DNA of 64,000 nt, taken from assembly GCA_977020255.1 (NCBI GenBank), contig CDROCS010004848.1, positions 248,001 through 312,000 of the forward strand. The letters run 5' to 3'. Under the pieces are notes generated by a model that did not search any database, was not told where the DNA came from, and worked only from the letters and a program-made list of their open reading frames with translations. Below, in pieces: positions 1 through 15,400 of the stretch; positions within the stretch are counted from its first letter, which is position 1, and each line of letters opens with the position of its first letter. The stretch comes from Obrimoposthia wandeli (taxonomy: Eukaryota). Made by a program: the position numbers and the translations under genes.

Positions 1-566
1 AAACTATCTGGATACTGAGATAACTACAATGCTAACTCAATTTTGCTGCTTATCAATTTGGTTGCTTTCTAAACATTTCAAACTAAGCCATCAGAGCTTA
101 TTGAAATTAATGACAAGGGAGTAGGGGAATATGCACATTTCAGGACTAAGTCCATCCCCTAGAACCAGCACCAGAAATTTTTTCTGAAAATTTTGGTAAT
201 TTTTTTTAAAAGTGGATTATATTGACAAATATTTAAAAACAACTGAAATATAATATTATAAATTTTGGTCACATTTTGACAATTTTTGAAAGAAATGGTT
301 TTGTGGGTGGGGTGGGGATAGCATGCCTTTGTTCTGAAAGACATACGTTTTTTTCAAAAATCCACAAAAATCGTCAAAAAATTTCTGATGCTGGTAATTT
401 GTCCTGAAAGACGCACATCCATCTTCTCAACTGTTATTACAAATGCACATTTAATAAAGCTCCATTCGTTACCATTCAATATCAGAATTGAAATCAACAT
501 CCTGCTTATAATCAAAAAACAAATTCTCTCACAAAATTCCATAGATTTATGTGATCTTCTCTAGTT

Positions 567-1038
567 TGGTGCAGTGAGCATGGATGTGCATCTTAGGAGC
601 AACGATGGTGACTGCAGATTGGCCAAGAAGTTCTCAAATAACAAACAGAGTGAGGGAATATTTGACAATTTATGCTCTGAATCTTCACCACAACTTACCG
701 ATGGATATAGAAACTGTGACAATGTAGAGCCTGGTGCAGTGAGCATGTATATGCATCTTAGGAGCAACGATGATGACTGCAGATTGGCCAAGAAGTTCTC
801 AAATAACAAACAGAGTGAGGGAATATTTGACAATTTATGCTCTGAATCTTCACCACAACTTACCGATGGATATAGAAACTGTGACAATGTTGAGTCTGGT
901 GCAGTGGGCATGTATATGCATCTTAGGAGCAACGATGACGACTGCAGATTGGTCAAGAAATTCTCAAATAACAAACAGAGTGAGAGAATATTTGACAATT
1001 TATGCTCTGAATCTCTACAGCAATTTACTGATGGATAA
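567..1038 (+). repeat. 165-bp tandem repeat, about 2.8 copies, in-frame (55-aa unit in ORF 574-1038)
   Basis: Unit start TGGTGCAGTG recurs at 567, 732 and 897. The ORF shows the repeat HLRSNDxDCRLxKKFSNNKQSE three times. Confidence 0.9.
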
Positions 1039-4000
1039 AAGAAACTTTGATGATGTTAAAATTTCCAATAAGCAACTGAAGACTTTACTATTCATAAAAT
1101 AAAAGAGGAAGCTCTCCTGAGTAATAAGTCATGAAAGTTGTTCTTGTTATTTTTCTTTTATGATAATTTTTAGACATCAGCTTGAAAGTGAAATTCAGAT
1201 GGCATTGTGCAAAATACGATGAGTTACATTATGGTGCAAATTGCACTATATTGATGAACCTTTATTTTCTAGTTACAGCAGAACACTTTAAGATGGAATT
1301 TGACACGTTTCAGAGTAAATAAGAGTGTTATTTACATAAATTAATCATCGAATTGTCAAGGAATGACTAAACTTTGGATGTATTTGCAGTTTGGGAATGT
1401 TTTCTTGCTGGATTATTTGATTTTTACCAGATTTTACAAATGAATTTTCTATTTTTAAAAATTAATTAATTTTAAGGAAGCATTTCGAAGAGTTCCGTTT
1501 CCTGCTAGTGAGCTTGTACACTCTCGCCTTCTCGCGACCGTGGTGATAGGAAATTCCCACTCAATTAAGAGCTCGACAGAGATGGCGTAGTACTCGCATT
1601 GTGCAGAGTGTCGTACTGGGATTATGTGTACACTTTCCCGACCGAGGCACTCCGATCCCAAGAGGCCGTGATTCAGCGGAGACTTGTTGGTAAACAAAGA
1701 CAAAAGCTGCGCGAACAGCAGCTAGCTCACCCCGTCTCTGTTGCTGTGGGCTCCCGACCGAGGAACCGAACAATTGCGATTAGCAGCCCTCCCAGGAATC
1801 TCGCAAACAAAACAAGCTAGATGAAGTAAGCTATTGGCAAGACTCTCCTCACTTGACAATCTTGCTGAAAGGTTTAATTTCCACTGTAATGAACGAAAGG
1901 GAAACTCACAACATACGTAAGGAATGTATATTCATTCATATATACGCTCTCTTCATTTTATCTCTTCTATCGAAAAGGGCTCTAAAAGTGATTAAGAAAC
2001 CACGCTTGAATAATTTGGTTTAATTAACAATTTCTGGGCAATAACTGACAGTTGAAGATTTTTAGGAAATTGCGAATTTAACCCCTCAGAACTTCCAAAA
2101 TGGTCACTAACGAAAGTGCAGTTTTCTGAGTAAGCTGTATATTCCATGTGTAAAATTACATGAACTAATTACAGAATGATTTTCTTAAAATGGTTTCTCC
2201 GTAATTTGGTTTCGAGTGGAACAAACAAATTTCCCTGGATTCGATGAAATTCGTCCACTCCAGTAGAAAAATAACAATAAAAAGAGTTTTTAAACTTATT
2301 TTTCATCGACAAATGCAATTATTACTGTAATCCTTTCGGAGAGGATATATTACGTCCTTTTCCACCGACCGATTCTCGTCATCTGTCTCAGCAAGCTTTC
2401 CCAAATCACGATAATTCTTTGGTTCTTCACCTTCGTTATCTTGCGTGGCTGTTAACACAGAACTGACACTTTTAATTTTATCAGATTCATTCTGTAGCAC
2501 CAAACCGAAATGGTCAATGATGTATTTCTCTTAGAGATATGTGATCTTCTAAATATGTTTGTACATTGCCTCATTTTCATTTCAAGCTCAGACCGCACAT
2601 TTCCTTTACATGCACTGTTGTGCACCTCATCTTGCTGGAATTGAATGAACCTTCTACCGCGACTGACGGTAGGTGAGTGAGACCCGTATTTGTGGAGTTG
2701 AACGTGATATTCTAAACAAATTGGCAACAGGTGGGTACATCTTTAATTATAAAGGGTTAATTAAAAATAAAATGTGTCTTAATCTCCTGGGATTATTCGA
2801 TGCAGTATATTTACAGTGTCTCATCAAGTATAATGACTTAGGCTAAATATCGAATTTTGTAATATAGTCTCTAGTTTACTGTTTGTTAAATAATGAATTA
2901 AAATCTGCCTTCCAAAGCGTAAATATCAATAATTCAATTTTTGATGATTTTTAAAAAAAATAACACAAGATATCTCAGTCATAAATCACGTTCATATGCC
3001 CCTAATTTATGATGGAAAAGAGGATCAAATCATATAAATATTGATTATCTCCGGGAAATTTGACTGCCGTTAAGAAGATAAAATTGCAAAAATTTTGCTA
3101 ATTATTCAAATTTATTGCATTACATTGCTACTTTAAATGAATTCTAAATTTGCCATTAGTGATTTTGATTGAGCAGGCGATCGAGTGTAGCTCCACAGAT
3201 TCAGAAGAAACAAGGTCCAACGTCCAAAATGTTGGGCTGATACATATAAGTCGACAGGTCACCGTGTAGTTATTTTAATTCATATGTAAAAGCTTCTTAG
3301 GCTCAACAAACATTGAATAGTTGAATGTTGTTCCTTATCCAGGACTTAAAGGCCTAACGAAGAGGAATATTTCAATTCTCTGAAAGATAAATAATTATTC
3401 CATTATCCACAGCGCAAAAACATCTCTAAATAAAACCCTAAAATAGGAAGATTTATACTAAAGTTGAAGACTTTTATGTATCTAACATCTACGTTCCTCA
3501 AAAGGGTCAGATTCATAGGTATTCATTTGCTTCCTGATTACCACAAAAATAATTTTAAATTCTGATTTTATGTTAAAAGAAAACATTTTCTAATTTACTC
3601 ATCCTTATTTAATTGAATTATCACTGTAATTTAAAATTATTTCATATCGGAGATTGTTAAGAAAAATTATATTAAGGATAGAGATTATGAAATTCTGATG
3701 TCTGGAGAACCTTTACTAACAATTCAAGGACAGTTAAACAAATCTTTCTAAACGACAAGCTGAAATACATGTTATCGCGTTTGCAACAAGAGAATCTATC
3801 AGAAACCAATACAAGCAATCATGTTTTCGTAACATATCCTCCATATTAATTTAAATTAATTAAATAATCTGTTTCATACATATATATTTTTTAAAATTTA
3901 AATACATACATATTCATTTTATTATTTCAAAATTCCGATCTAAGAAAATGTTTGAAAATCCCCACCATTATATTTTGTAATTTAAATTTTATTTAGTTTA

Positions 4001-5898
4001 TTTCAAGAATTCAAAGACTTTGAAAGTTTTTTGAAATTAGTAAATGAAGCTAAAAGCAAATAAGAAATACTGACCTCCAATCGGACACGATAATGCCGAA
4101 CGTAAAAAGTTCAATCAAGACAAGTGGGCTTTCCGAATCATTGTGTAGGAAGAAAACAAATGTTTCCCGAGAGGAAAGATGAGTTTTGAAACAAGTTATC
4201 AATTCTTACTCTTTTTGTGAGCAGAACTAAGCAATAAAATTAGACTTAGAACAGAGCAGCGTTATTTATATCAGTTACATTACAAATGTCAACATCTCGC
4301 AAGAAACGAGAAGACGGGAAACACGGGAAACTGGAATGTTGACAATGGCGAGGCTTAGAAAATTTTGATTTATTTTAGGGGTTTGCAATGTAATTCCCGA
4401 CTTCATGTACTGGAACTGGTCAGGGGACAGGATTGCATCTTTCGGGACACTTTAGAGATCCAAACTTCCCGGGTGTGTGCCTTACCCATGTTGTTGTCTT
4501 TACCCATGAGAAAGTGTGATAATATTGAAAAAATCAAAAGACGATTATAAAATATGGCAGTTTATTATCGAAAGTTGCTTCCTCATATGTTTTTCGGCAA
4601 ATGTCCTTTTTGGTGTAAATGTGTCTGAAAATATTCAAAGTGATATTTAAAAATTTATGTGATTTTATTTTGAAATGTTAAGGATAAGAATGAACTTCTG
4701 CTGTTCAAAATTGCACAAAAACTGCTTTGAACCTTTAGTTGGAATTTTAATTTTTAGTTAATGATAATTTAAACTGTATCTTTGGAAGTCAAAGTTTATT
4801 ACGGCCATATGCTTATTATTAAATGAGGATTTTTCTGTATTGTCCTTCAATTTGCCATTTCACAAGTAGCCTCGCATAGCTGATGGGTAGAGATACCAAG
4901 GTGTTTGGTTGCTCAGGTCAGCTCAATTGTATCGTGTGGGATCGCTACAGACGCTGAGGCTTGATTTCATCTCAAGGTCAGACAAGAAGAGGGGTGAGAA
5001 TGGCCAAGATGCTTAGATGAGCCACAAGGTCATCTCTTAGACAAGCTGGCACCGCTTTAACAGTCGCATCACCAGGGGAAATGTAAATCTAAAGATAAGT
5101 AAAGACAATTGCGCAAATCCCTGTTTACTCTTCAATAACTCTACGTAACAAATAATAATATTTCCCTTTACTGAAACAGAATATTTCTAGTCTAACTGTG
5201 TTAACTTTTTACGAAAATGCTTTTTTTAATAAGTTCATCTCATCAGGAACATGATATATATACATGGTCAGAAAACACAAATATCGATTTGACATCAATT
5301 TGAAACAGATTATATTTAGTTATAACAATTAATTATCAGGTACGATATGTTTCGAAAATATGAAAAGATTCTATTGTTGCAAACGTGAGTAAAGTATTCC
5401 AAGAGAGATTCAAATATCTGATTATCAAATATTCAAATTAGCTGATCCTGCCTTATTAACAGAGGTCCTCCAGACATCGGCATTCCATAATCTGTAACTG
5501 TAATTTCATTTTCCATAATAATCTCCTCAGTATCTATAACAGATATGGAAAGTGATCATAATATTAAAATTACCGGTTGCACTGCATTTAGAAAAATTAA
5601 AAAGTAACTGTGATGAAGATAAGGTTTGGAAATATTTCCAAAATGTTTACTCTGAATCACTCTATTTTTCAATGAATCTTTTTGAATCAAAAACAAAAAA
5701 ATTGGCATTCCGGTATCTATTTTTTTTGGAAACATATTTTAGAAAGTCAATCAGCTTAAATATGTCTTTACAAGTTCTTCTTCACAAAACTGAAAATGGA
5801 TATTCGTCCGTTTGTAAAAATCCCATTTATATTAGGTTCATTAAATTGCGAAGATATGTGAATAATACAATAATAATCCTATGAAAACACGCACCATT

Positions 5899-5954
5899 AG
5901 TAGGTGGATGTTTCTGGTCCAATCACCCCCTCGCCCTAGGTACATCCACCTACT
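5899..5954. mobile_element. 56-bp minimal Polinton-terminus derivative
   Basis: AGTAGGTGGATGT...ACATCCACCTACT, the same termini as the elements at 29857/35584. Flanked by ACCATT / ATCATT (6-bp TSD, 1 mismatch). Confidence 0.85.
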
Positions 5955-8900
5955 ATCATTCCATCAATAAACAATATATTTATCGTCGTTTGCTTTTTAT
6001 TGTATTTATTTATAATAAAATGAATGTTATATTTGAAACTGAAAATTTATCAAATTCCTTTTAACCAGTCAAAAATTTATATTTTTAAATCTGTACCATT
6101 AAAATGTACAGTGATTCTAAAACTCCCCAAATTTTGTATCGGTGTGTCCTTGTTGCTTATGGAAATTTAGCTCCCTTTTCAATATTGAAGCTTTGTTGGA
6201 AAAAAGTAACATGCAATGCAATATATATTTGAAAAATGGAATAAAAAGCGTTTGCCACCATTTATCAGATCAACACAGTGTGAATCAAAATTCTCGCCTC
6301 AAGGAGCTACAAAAAGTATGCTATTGATTTTTGAACGAACACAGCACACACAAGAACATTATTTATCACTTTTGAAACCTCAAGTTGGCGTATATGGCTG
6401 GACTGATAAGGATCACCTTAAAAGAAGAATTCGAAAGAAAACTGGACTTTGAAACTTCTGTCATCCAGAAAATGTTTAAATAAGTCGATTGAAAGGTCGT
6501 ACTGTATCTAAAACGAGGAATGTATACTCTCCAAAAATTAATTGTAAAATCTTTTATAACTGTAATTTTACACAGTAGCATAGTTTCTATCGAGACGTGT
6601 CGCCTTTTCTAGTTGAATAATTTTATAATTTGAACACCAAAAATATAATACAATGACAAAAATCCTTAATCAACCCTTATGAAAATGAAAGGTTATTTGG
6701 TAATAAATTTGTTTCCCTTCATTAAATTCCCTTTTTACAGTTGGAACCTTTCACCATTTGCCTTCTAAAGTTTCCAAGTATTTCTGATAAAAATATTTCC
6801 TCGATATCCAGGGCCTCTAAAGGGGGGAAAACTTAATCGTTTGACATGGGCCTCTGAATTCATGGGGCCTCCAAAATTTAGATATAATTTTTAAAGCAAA
6901 CTTTATAAACCTTTTAAAAAATGTATTTAATACTTTTACGTAGGGCAACAAAAAATATCCTTATAATAAAATCTAATACAACTATGAGAGGACCTAATTT
7001 TTGGCGTAAATCTACTTTCACTTGCCAAAAATATTTTTTGTTGAACAACTAACTGCCGACACAAATTTGATATTATAAATTTTACGTTTAGAACTCAAAA
7101 TCTGCAAAAGTTTCTTACTTCGAAAATGTTTTATCATTTTATGAATTCAAAATTTTAAAGAAAAATTTAAAACAATAGTATGCTTTGAGTTGTTACATGA
7201 TTACAATCTTTTTTACGTATAAAAATGTATGTAACACTTAGTTAAATTAAAAAAATATATAATAAATTTAAAAATTTTTAAAAATAGTGCTGTTGAAGAG
7301 TTTTATTTAAATACTGATTCCAACTCTATAATTGTAATTTTTTAAACTCCAACAAATTTAAAAAAACAGGTAATTGTTTTATTTTATTTTTGACTATAGA
7401 TAATAAATATTAAAAAAATAAACAAGGTGGGTGATTAAAGTATGAAGAGGACATTTGAAAGCAGAGCCAGCAAAAAGCAAAAGAAAAAACTTATGGAGGC
7501 TGCTGTTAAAAATTTAAAGTTTTAGTGTTTTGATATTTTGAATCAAATTTTTATTTTATTTTGGATCAATAAAAACGTACAATTTTTTTCAGTTTAAAGG
7601 GTGCCACATATATTACCTGACATTGGCCTCCAAGTGGCTCTTACAGGGCCTGATCAGATCCATTTACTTTAGATTTCGAGAATTTTTGGAACTGTTCTCC
7701 TTATTATAGTTTTTCGACGAAATATGTCATCAGATTCAATTGGATTATTCTTCAGATTTGCGCCTGTGTCCGCTATGGGGGTTCTATTTCTATGTTATTT
7801 GTTCATATTTTAATGACAATTTCCCATTTAAACCTGAAAATTATCTCAATTGCAACCAGGTCGTGAGAATGTTTACTCATTCTTCAAATCTTTACCTACT
7901 CAACGCGTATTAAAATGACTTAAGTTGTACATAAGTTAAAAAATATAAAACTTAGCCAAACACAATAACTATTGAAACCGAATAAGTTGTGGGTAGGTGG
8001 AAGAAATAAATATGTCCATATCCATATCAGATTTAAAACATAAATAAAAATATTTGCATTTTGTTAGAAATCCAAAGCTGCTTTTGAATTTTGAGTTAGA
8101 TCTCAAAATGAATAAGAGCGTCGACGGGATTATGATGCTGCCATTCGCTATGTGTTTATTTAAGGCGTGTGAATTTGCCATAGTTTGCCGCGCGATTTAT
8201 TCTTCGAAGGGGGAACTAAGTCTTGAACATGCAGAAGAAGATTCACGATAGATTATTGGCCATTTGCAGGGTCTGGTAATAGATGGAAATATAATAAAAT
8301 ATGTAATTCTTCTAAATATTTATCAATAAAAATAATTCACTTGTTCTTAATATTTCATCGCCTATTAATAAAATATCAGAAAGATTTTTTGGAAAATAAA
8401 AAAATATTATTGTTGCATTTATTTAATACGAGTTGCCTTTGATAAAAAAAAAACTGAAACTTGCAGCTATAATGCTGCATTAAGTTTACAGCTTCTTCCA
8501 AGTTTAACAGGATCAAACATCGCGTGACGATTAAAAAATAAATAATAAATGTAAAATTTATATTTTAGTATGAGAAATGGGATAAACAATTAAAATTGTT
8601 ATATAAGGAAAATAAGGCATTGTAGATAGAAATTGAAAGGTGTTTAGAAACAGCTTAATTCAAAAACCTATATTTTCCCAACATGGCCAGTGTTGACAAA
8701 TAATTATTACTTATAAATGATGTCTGTAGGCAGAAATTGTCTTCGCAATATGATTAATTAACAACAAAAACCTGAGACATGCTTTCAAGGGAACCGCTCT
8801 TCTGGATAAAGAAATTCCAATGGAGGCTTAATTGCATTGTCGAAGAGTTTCCACTCAGCTGGCTTCTCAGATGTGACTCTTTGTCACCTCAATCTTCTTC

Positions 8901-11900
8901 ACACCAACAAATTTTAATTTTATTAAAATTATTATTGAAGCTCTTAAATTGCGGATATTTTGTTTATTAATTACAATTTAGTTTCATATTTCAGACGGTA
9001 AACTTAGAATTTTAGTTAAACCCTAAAGTGAGAACGGTTATTGTTGGCTACTCATCCATCGTACAGAATTCAAATCGAAATATCTTTACAATATTTCAAT
9101 TCAATTGTAATTTTGGAATCCTGAAATTATTAAGGGGAACTCAGAAATAAGCGTGTAAAGTTTCACTTTAAAATCATTAATACGTATTTTGGGTATTTTA
9201 TACAAGCATTTAAATAATGGAATATTATTTTCCGATTTTAAATTATTTTAATGTCTACATATATTTGTTTACGTTCCTGAGTACGATATGAATATTACTC
9301 AATACCGAAGAATGATAATTTAAAACTTGAATTAAAATTAGAGTCCCTTCTAAAGTCACCTATAAGCGTATAAACTCACTGAATATTTGATTCTGAGGTG
9401 TAGATTACAAGAAATAAAGTATTCATTTATGAATTAAGTTTTTTTTTAAAATTCATTTGATAGAACTTAAGGGATTTTGAAATCAAGAAAAATCCAATAA
9501 AGATATGAATTTGTTGGAGTATATTTACTAGGGAAAATGCAAATCTGTGTAATGGTGATAATGTTATGAATATTCATGGTGAATATTAGATTACAATATG
9601 GAGAAAGCAAAGTCATTCAAGCATTGTTTTGATTGTATCTGTTCAAGGTCATGGAAATGTATACGATACTAAAAATATCAAAATCCATTGACTTTTGATT
9701 TATATTTGATGTGGTTTAAATAAAAATTGTTATAAACAAAAATTGTCTTGACTTTTTAATTAGTTATGGAAAGTGCTATGGGATGTTTTTCTCTCAGAAT
9801 TAGATTGTATTATACAAATAAAATTTGTTCAGATGGAATTCAGACACATCAGTTTGATTTGAAATTCTCTAAAGATGAGTCGGTTTTATTTTAGTACGAT
9901 GAGTGAGTAGCAGAACTCAAATCGAAGAATTATGCTGCAAAATACGTTAACTCAAATTTCCAATCTGGGTGAGCAAAATGAATGTGGAAATACAAGAAAA
10001 CAGGCCAGAAATGTTTTCTCTCCCAGCATTTTTTCAGCAGAGTTTGGGCTCTATTCTGTTTGATCTTTCTCGTGGAATTGCGTAGAAGATGTACTGTGCT
10101 TCTATCTACTCTATTACATAAATGACTCTTTGATTCAAAAGTTAGATTTTGAGTAAAAATACATATTTCAATAGGAATGAATTTATGCTTCTAAATGATA
10201 TTTTGTTCATCACTGTAAGATGCATTATTTCATGGAAACGCTTCTAACGAGTTTAATTATTTGATATTTTAATTAACAAAAATGAAATTTTGTAAATTAA
10301 TTCTAATGCCATTATCAAAGATTATATGACGTATTATTTAATTATGCATTTTGGTATAGTTCTGATTCTCAAATAAATTCATAGTAAAAAAATTATTCAC
10401 ACAAAATTGACATTAAAATAGTTATTATTTTAAACTATTAGTCTTTTTGTAGGTCATTGGATAACTTTCTTATAAGGAGATTTGTAGATTATTGATTGAT
10501 AAGTTGTTCCGCTTTTTAATTTGATGTCTCATTTTTGTTAATTTTTCTCCTATTTTCTGTATTCTTATATCTTGCTTTAAAACTTCCCTATGTTATCTTC
10601 TATTGACGAAAGGTTATCAAACGGGAAAATTGATGTTAATTAGTGAAATCTGTGAAATATTAATTGGATAATATGCTTCTCGTGAACTCGTGTTCTCATA
10701 CAGCCATTTGCGCTCATTTTGCTGCAGTTAGCAGCAGCTGGAGGATGTGCCCAAGATGCAAATCGACAGTTATCTTTGTTGTGTCTGCCATTGTTGTGTG
10801 GCTGTCGACGCCGCAGCAAAGACGGCGTAAAGAGTGACTGGCCTCGACAAACAAAAGTGAGCATGAATAATGAGGAGCAAAGGGCCCAGAAACAAAGGCA
10901 ACTGCCGAGCTGAAAGGCATCTATTATATCATGTGTCTCCGGTTAGCTAAGAGCCTTAGTTGGGGGCAGGCGAGATGAGTGGTCTTGAATATGAGACACT
11001 ACTTATCCTTGTTAGGTATTATACCGATGTGGATTGTAAGTCTGTGTGATCTAACATCGTGTTTCGTTGCTGTAACATTTTGCACTATTGATTTTATCTA
11101 CGATTTGTTTAAACCAAGAATGTGATATTGCATTTGATTATCGATTATGGATTTTTTAACATTATTCGACCTATATAAACAGTCAAACTTTTATTTTTGA
11201 AACTGATTTTAGGTTTTGTGAAAATTATTGAATAGTTAAACCTCAGATATGTATATATTATCTATAACTAAAAGTAGTAAATAGTACAAAATGAATCATT
11301 TTTAGAAGAAATTCAAAAAGAACGTGGCAACAAATGAACAGTGTAAATAGATTCAAAAAGTTATAAAATTCATTGATACCAAAAGATATCTATTTAACAT
11401 ATTTTAACACAAAATTAACAAACCCAAAAGTCATTATGACATTATGACTAAAATTTATTTAACCATTCAAGTTTAATCATTTAATCATTCAAGGAATAAG
11501 AGGACTGAGGGACGAACTGGGAATTAATGGCCTCGTCAGACAACAGTGCCGTCAATTATTACCTCACAACGACTGCAGTCAGCCTCCACTTGTTTGCGCG
11601 CTCCTTCCTCCTCAACTTGCGCCTTTGTAGCTTTATCTTCTTCCTCTTCTTTTGCCCAGCCTAATCACTCTTCGAAGACGCTGAGTTCGAGTCGCTGACG
11701 TTTGTGATCAATCGGACCGCTCGCAAAATGAAGATGGATCATTCTGCTTGCGGAGCTTATTAATGCAGCCCCGGAACAATTATCGCGCTCCACTTACACA
11801 TCTGCATTCATTTGCTTTGCTCTTTTAATTAAGATAATTATCATTAGATTGTCTAATTTTGTTGTCAAGCATAACGATTAAAATATTTATTAGATACAAA

Positions 11901-12051
11901 TTGCCTTTAATATGACCTCAGAAGACTAAATGTTGAAGACAGGACATAAAATGGGAAATTTTAGAAATATTTTACAGGGTGATTTTAAAGTTCATCCTAA
12001 GGGTCAATTTTATGGATAATTCTTTTATAAAAATATTATTGTATAACAGTA

Positions 12052-12406
12052 CAGTAATTATTCACCTATAAGGGGTCCCACCTATAAGGGTGTCCGGTCA
12101 CCGAAAATTTCACGCTTCACCTATAAGGGTGCCCGGTGACCGGATTTAAGTCCTTGATTTTTTTTAATCACAGAGAAAATTCAACTCAATGATCAATTTA
12201 TTCATCATTTCCCCCCTCATATAAATGTATCTGAACATATGTAATTAATGTAAGTAAACATCTTTTCAGGATTTTAAGTTCTTGTTTGAATATTCGACTG
12301 TACCCTTACAGATGAGACTTTTAAATAATGCATCTATAAGTGATTCGGTGTCGGTATCTCTCAAAAACATGTTTTAATGAATACCCTTACAGGTGAATAA
12401 TTACTG
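12052..12406. mobile_element. MITE, Tc1/mariner-pogo type, 355 bp
   Basis: TIRs CAGTAATTATTCACCT(A/G)TAAGGG at both ends, TA on both sides, internal CACCTATAAGGG repeats, no ORF. Confidence 0.85.
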
Positions 12407-15400
12407 TATTGTCCACTACCAACAAGCAGTCACACAAATATTGTATACACTAGAATGGCCTCGGTTAAAGGGTTTTTTCTGTCACATAAATATCACTGCT
12501 TATTACAAGCAAAATTTATTATTGTTCAAAACAAATTGATTTAATATGTTTATATAGATATTTAAAAAATGTATATGTAAAATTTAATAAAATAAACCTA
12601 AAATGTTCATCATCTAATTAAAGGACATTTTACCATAATAAATTTTATCTTTACTTACGAATTCAATAGATAGAAAGTAAGAATTTTTCTTCCAGTTAAT
12701 TTAAGAATAACTTTTATTTTTAGTTGTTTTAGGGTAGCTTTTATTTCGATACAAAATGACTAATTATTAATCGATTAAAATGAAAAAAAGTCTTCTACTT
12801 TATGCGAAGAATTTAAGCTCTCTTTAGGTACAGTTTCTTGTATTTTTAAAAAATAAAGAAGCCCTTAAACCATATCGAGAATTTGGAAATAAAAATTTTG
12901 TAATGTAAATTTTTAGTTAATAATTATTTTATTGCTGCTGTTTTGAATGTTTGATTTGTTTAGCTTTTAATAATGTGTAAAATATGCTAAAACACATTTG
13001 TGGTTTTTATTGTTTTGTACACTGTAAATTAAAATTACATATTGATAACAAGCAAAAGTTTGCGGTTACTTCAGTCGTTTTAAAATCAAATTTTACAGTA
13101 ATTTAAATTTAAAACCTCAAAAATAAAAATGTACCGAAAATGGAGAAATAATAAAAAATCTACAACCGATAAAACCGCCCGTAGTATCCTTTTCCCCCCC
13201 AAAATTTCAAGAGTTCACCGTTAATAGTCTATTAAACAGTCTGAATAATTATGGAAATTTGCATAACTATTTATTTCTGCCGGGATTATTATCATACACG
13301 GTGAGATTACACCGCATTCAGAGCTTTAAATTCATTTCTGTGTTTGACAAAATAATTATTACTGATATTAATACATTAGAAAGTATCGTTATCCATATCG
13401 TTTGAAATTTAAAATTAATTTAAATTTTTTTTCAAAGGATGGATGGGATGGAGGAAAGTAGAGGGAATTAATTTGTTGACATTTGATATAATTTAACAGC
13501 TTCTTTTTTAAAGTAAAATTGTATTTAAAATAAAAATGCAGTAAAATGTTTAACAAAAACTCAAAATACTTTACTATTGTTTTGATAAATAATTAATTTA
13601 CAAAGCATTTTTATTTATTTATTGACGTATTTAAACAAATTTGTCAAACAATTTTTTTTTATTTCTCAAGAAAACTTTTTAAAATGAAATATATTAAAGT
13701 ACATAAATATCAAACAAATGGTAATTTTAAAATAAAAGAACATTATACAATTTTTTGAAATAAAATTTAAAAATAAAAATAAAAAACTTTGCAATAAATA
13801 TTAATTTTGATAAATAATCAACTTACTGCAAGTATTTTCATAACATCGATTGACGTATATCTGAAAGAATAGCTTTAATTTAACAGTTTTTTAAAATAAA
13901 ATATTAAAGTATCACTACTTGAAATAAAATTCTGAAAAAAATTTGATAAACATTTTAAATGATTTACTAAATCTTTTGCAAATATTTAAATGTATGCAAA
14001 ATTTTTCTTAATTTCATTGATTTATTTTAAAAAAATTGTTTAAAATGCAAACATCAAACAAATTTTAATTTTACAACAAAACTTTTTAAAATAAAACATA
14101 AAACTTTGTAATATGTTAAGCAATATGTTTAAAAAATAAATAAAATACTTTACTATATACGGTAAATGTTTAAATTTACGTAAATGTTTCATTTTTTTTT
14201 ATTGAACACATTTAAACAAATAAATTTTGAAACACAAATATCAAACTTATTTTAATTATAAAATAAGAGATTAAAGTACACTTTGTTGAAATAAAATGAT
14301 TTTTAAGCAATAATTAATTTTTTGATAAATCATTATCTTACTATACGTTTTTCATCGGCTCCATTGACGTATATCCGAAAGACTAATAACATGATTTATA
14401 ATATCACTATAACTTCAGAAAAATTTACAAATTTATTACTATAAAATATAAAAATTACATTTTTATTGTTTACAATTAATGTATTAAAACAATGACAAAA
14501 ATAGTTTCAAATGTAGAGCAATAAATAATAAGTATAAATAATTTATTAAAATAAAACAATTTACAAGTATTATTTGATATTTTTAATTTAACAAACAACT
14601 ACTAAACTACAAATTTTATTAAAAAAATTCTAGAATGATACAAAATGAAATATTAACTTACTTGTACATATATTTTACTATTCTTGCATTAAATATTACC
14701 ACAAACCCTTTTAGTTTTTAATAACTAAAATTTTGATGAGATTTTGAAAAATTAACAATTTTAACCAATTCTTAAATTACTGCATTTTATATATTGTTAC
14801 TTTATATGTATTTAAAAATATATATATTCGCACACAAACATATTTATTATAACTCTAATTATTTATTAATTTTAAAATTGCATTATTTTATGTTTATAAT
14901 TTAGGTTTATAAATAATGATGAAAATATTAAAAATATATGAAAATTATAAAGTAAATTTAAAAAATAAATAAAGATAAATGATATATTAGCTTTAATTTG
15001 TAATTATCAAATATTAATTTGGCAACCAATGAATAACATTAATAATCTGTTTACAATTATATTAATTATATTAATTAAGATGTGAATTGTTGTGTGTGTT
15101 TTTTACTTATTTTTATTTACACATGCTACAATGTTTGATAACTTTTAAGTTTCCTACAAAGCATACAAGTTAACATACCAGTGTGCATCTTTTTCTCCTC
15201 GATATGCTCAACAAGGGCTCAGCTGAAAATGAAGAAAATGTGTTATGGATTTATCGGATAAGAAAGGAGAAATACATTTCATTGAAGTCAATGTCACAAA
15301 ATCTTTTGGCTTCAACTCAAGTTTGCTTGGCTAAGGAAATCTTGTAACACGCCAACAGGAAGCAGTTCACACAATCGAATGGCTTACATTCAGATCACAG

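Noticed and set aside
4865-4960. tRNA/SINE-like start GCCTCGCATAGCTGATGGGTAGAG
   Set aside because: No cloverleaf and only a doubtful B box.
6216-6452. LLIFE..H..LKPQVGVYG, resembling a pogo/Tigger DDE fragment
   Set aside because: Too short and degenerate; catalytic Asp residues not seen.
10640-11800. GC-rich islands with short ORFs on both strands
   Set aside because: Possibly UTR or exons of a host gene, but no frame or domain could be supported.
13000-15100. Extremely AT-rich stretch with recurring ATTGACGTAT and TTTTAAAATAAAA words
   Set aside because: No consistent period could be established by eye; likely degenerate low-complexity DNA.
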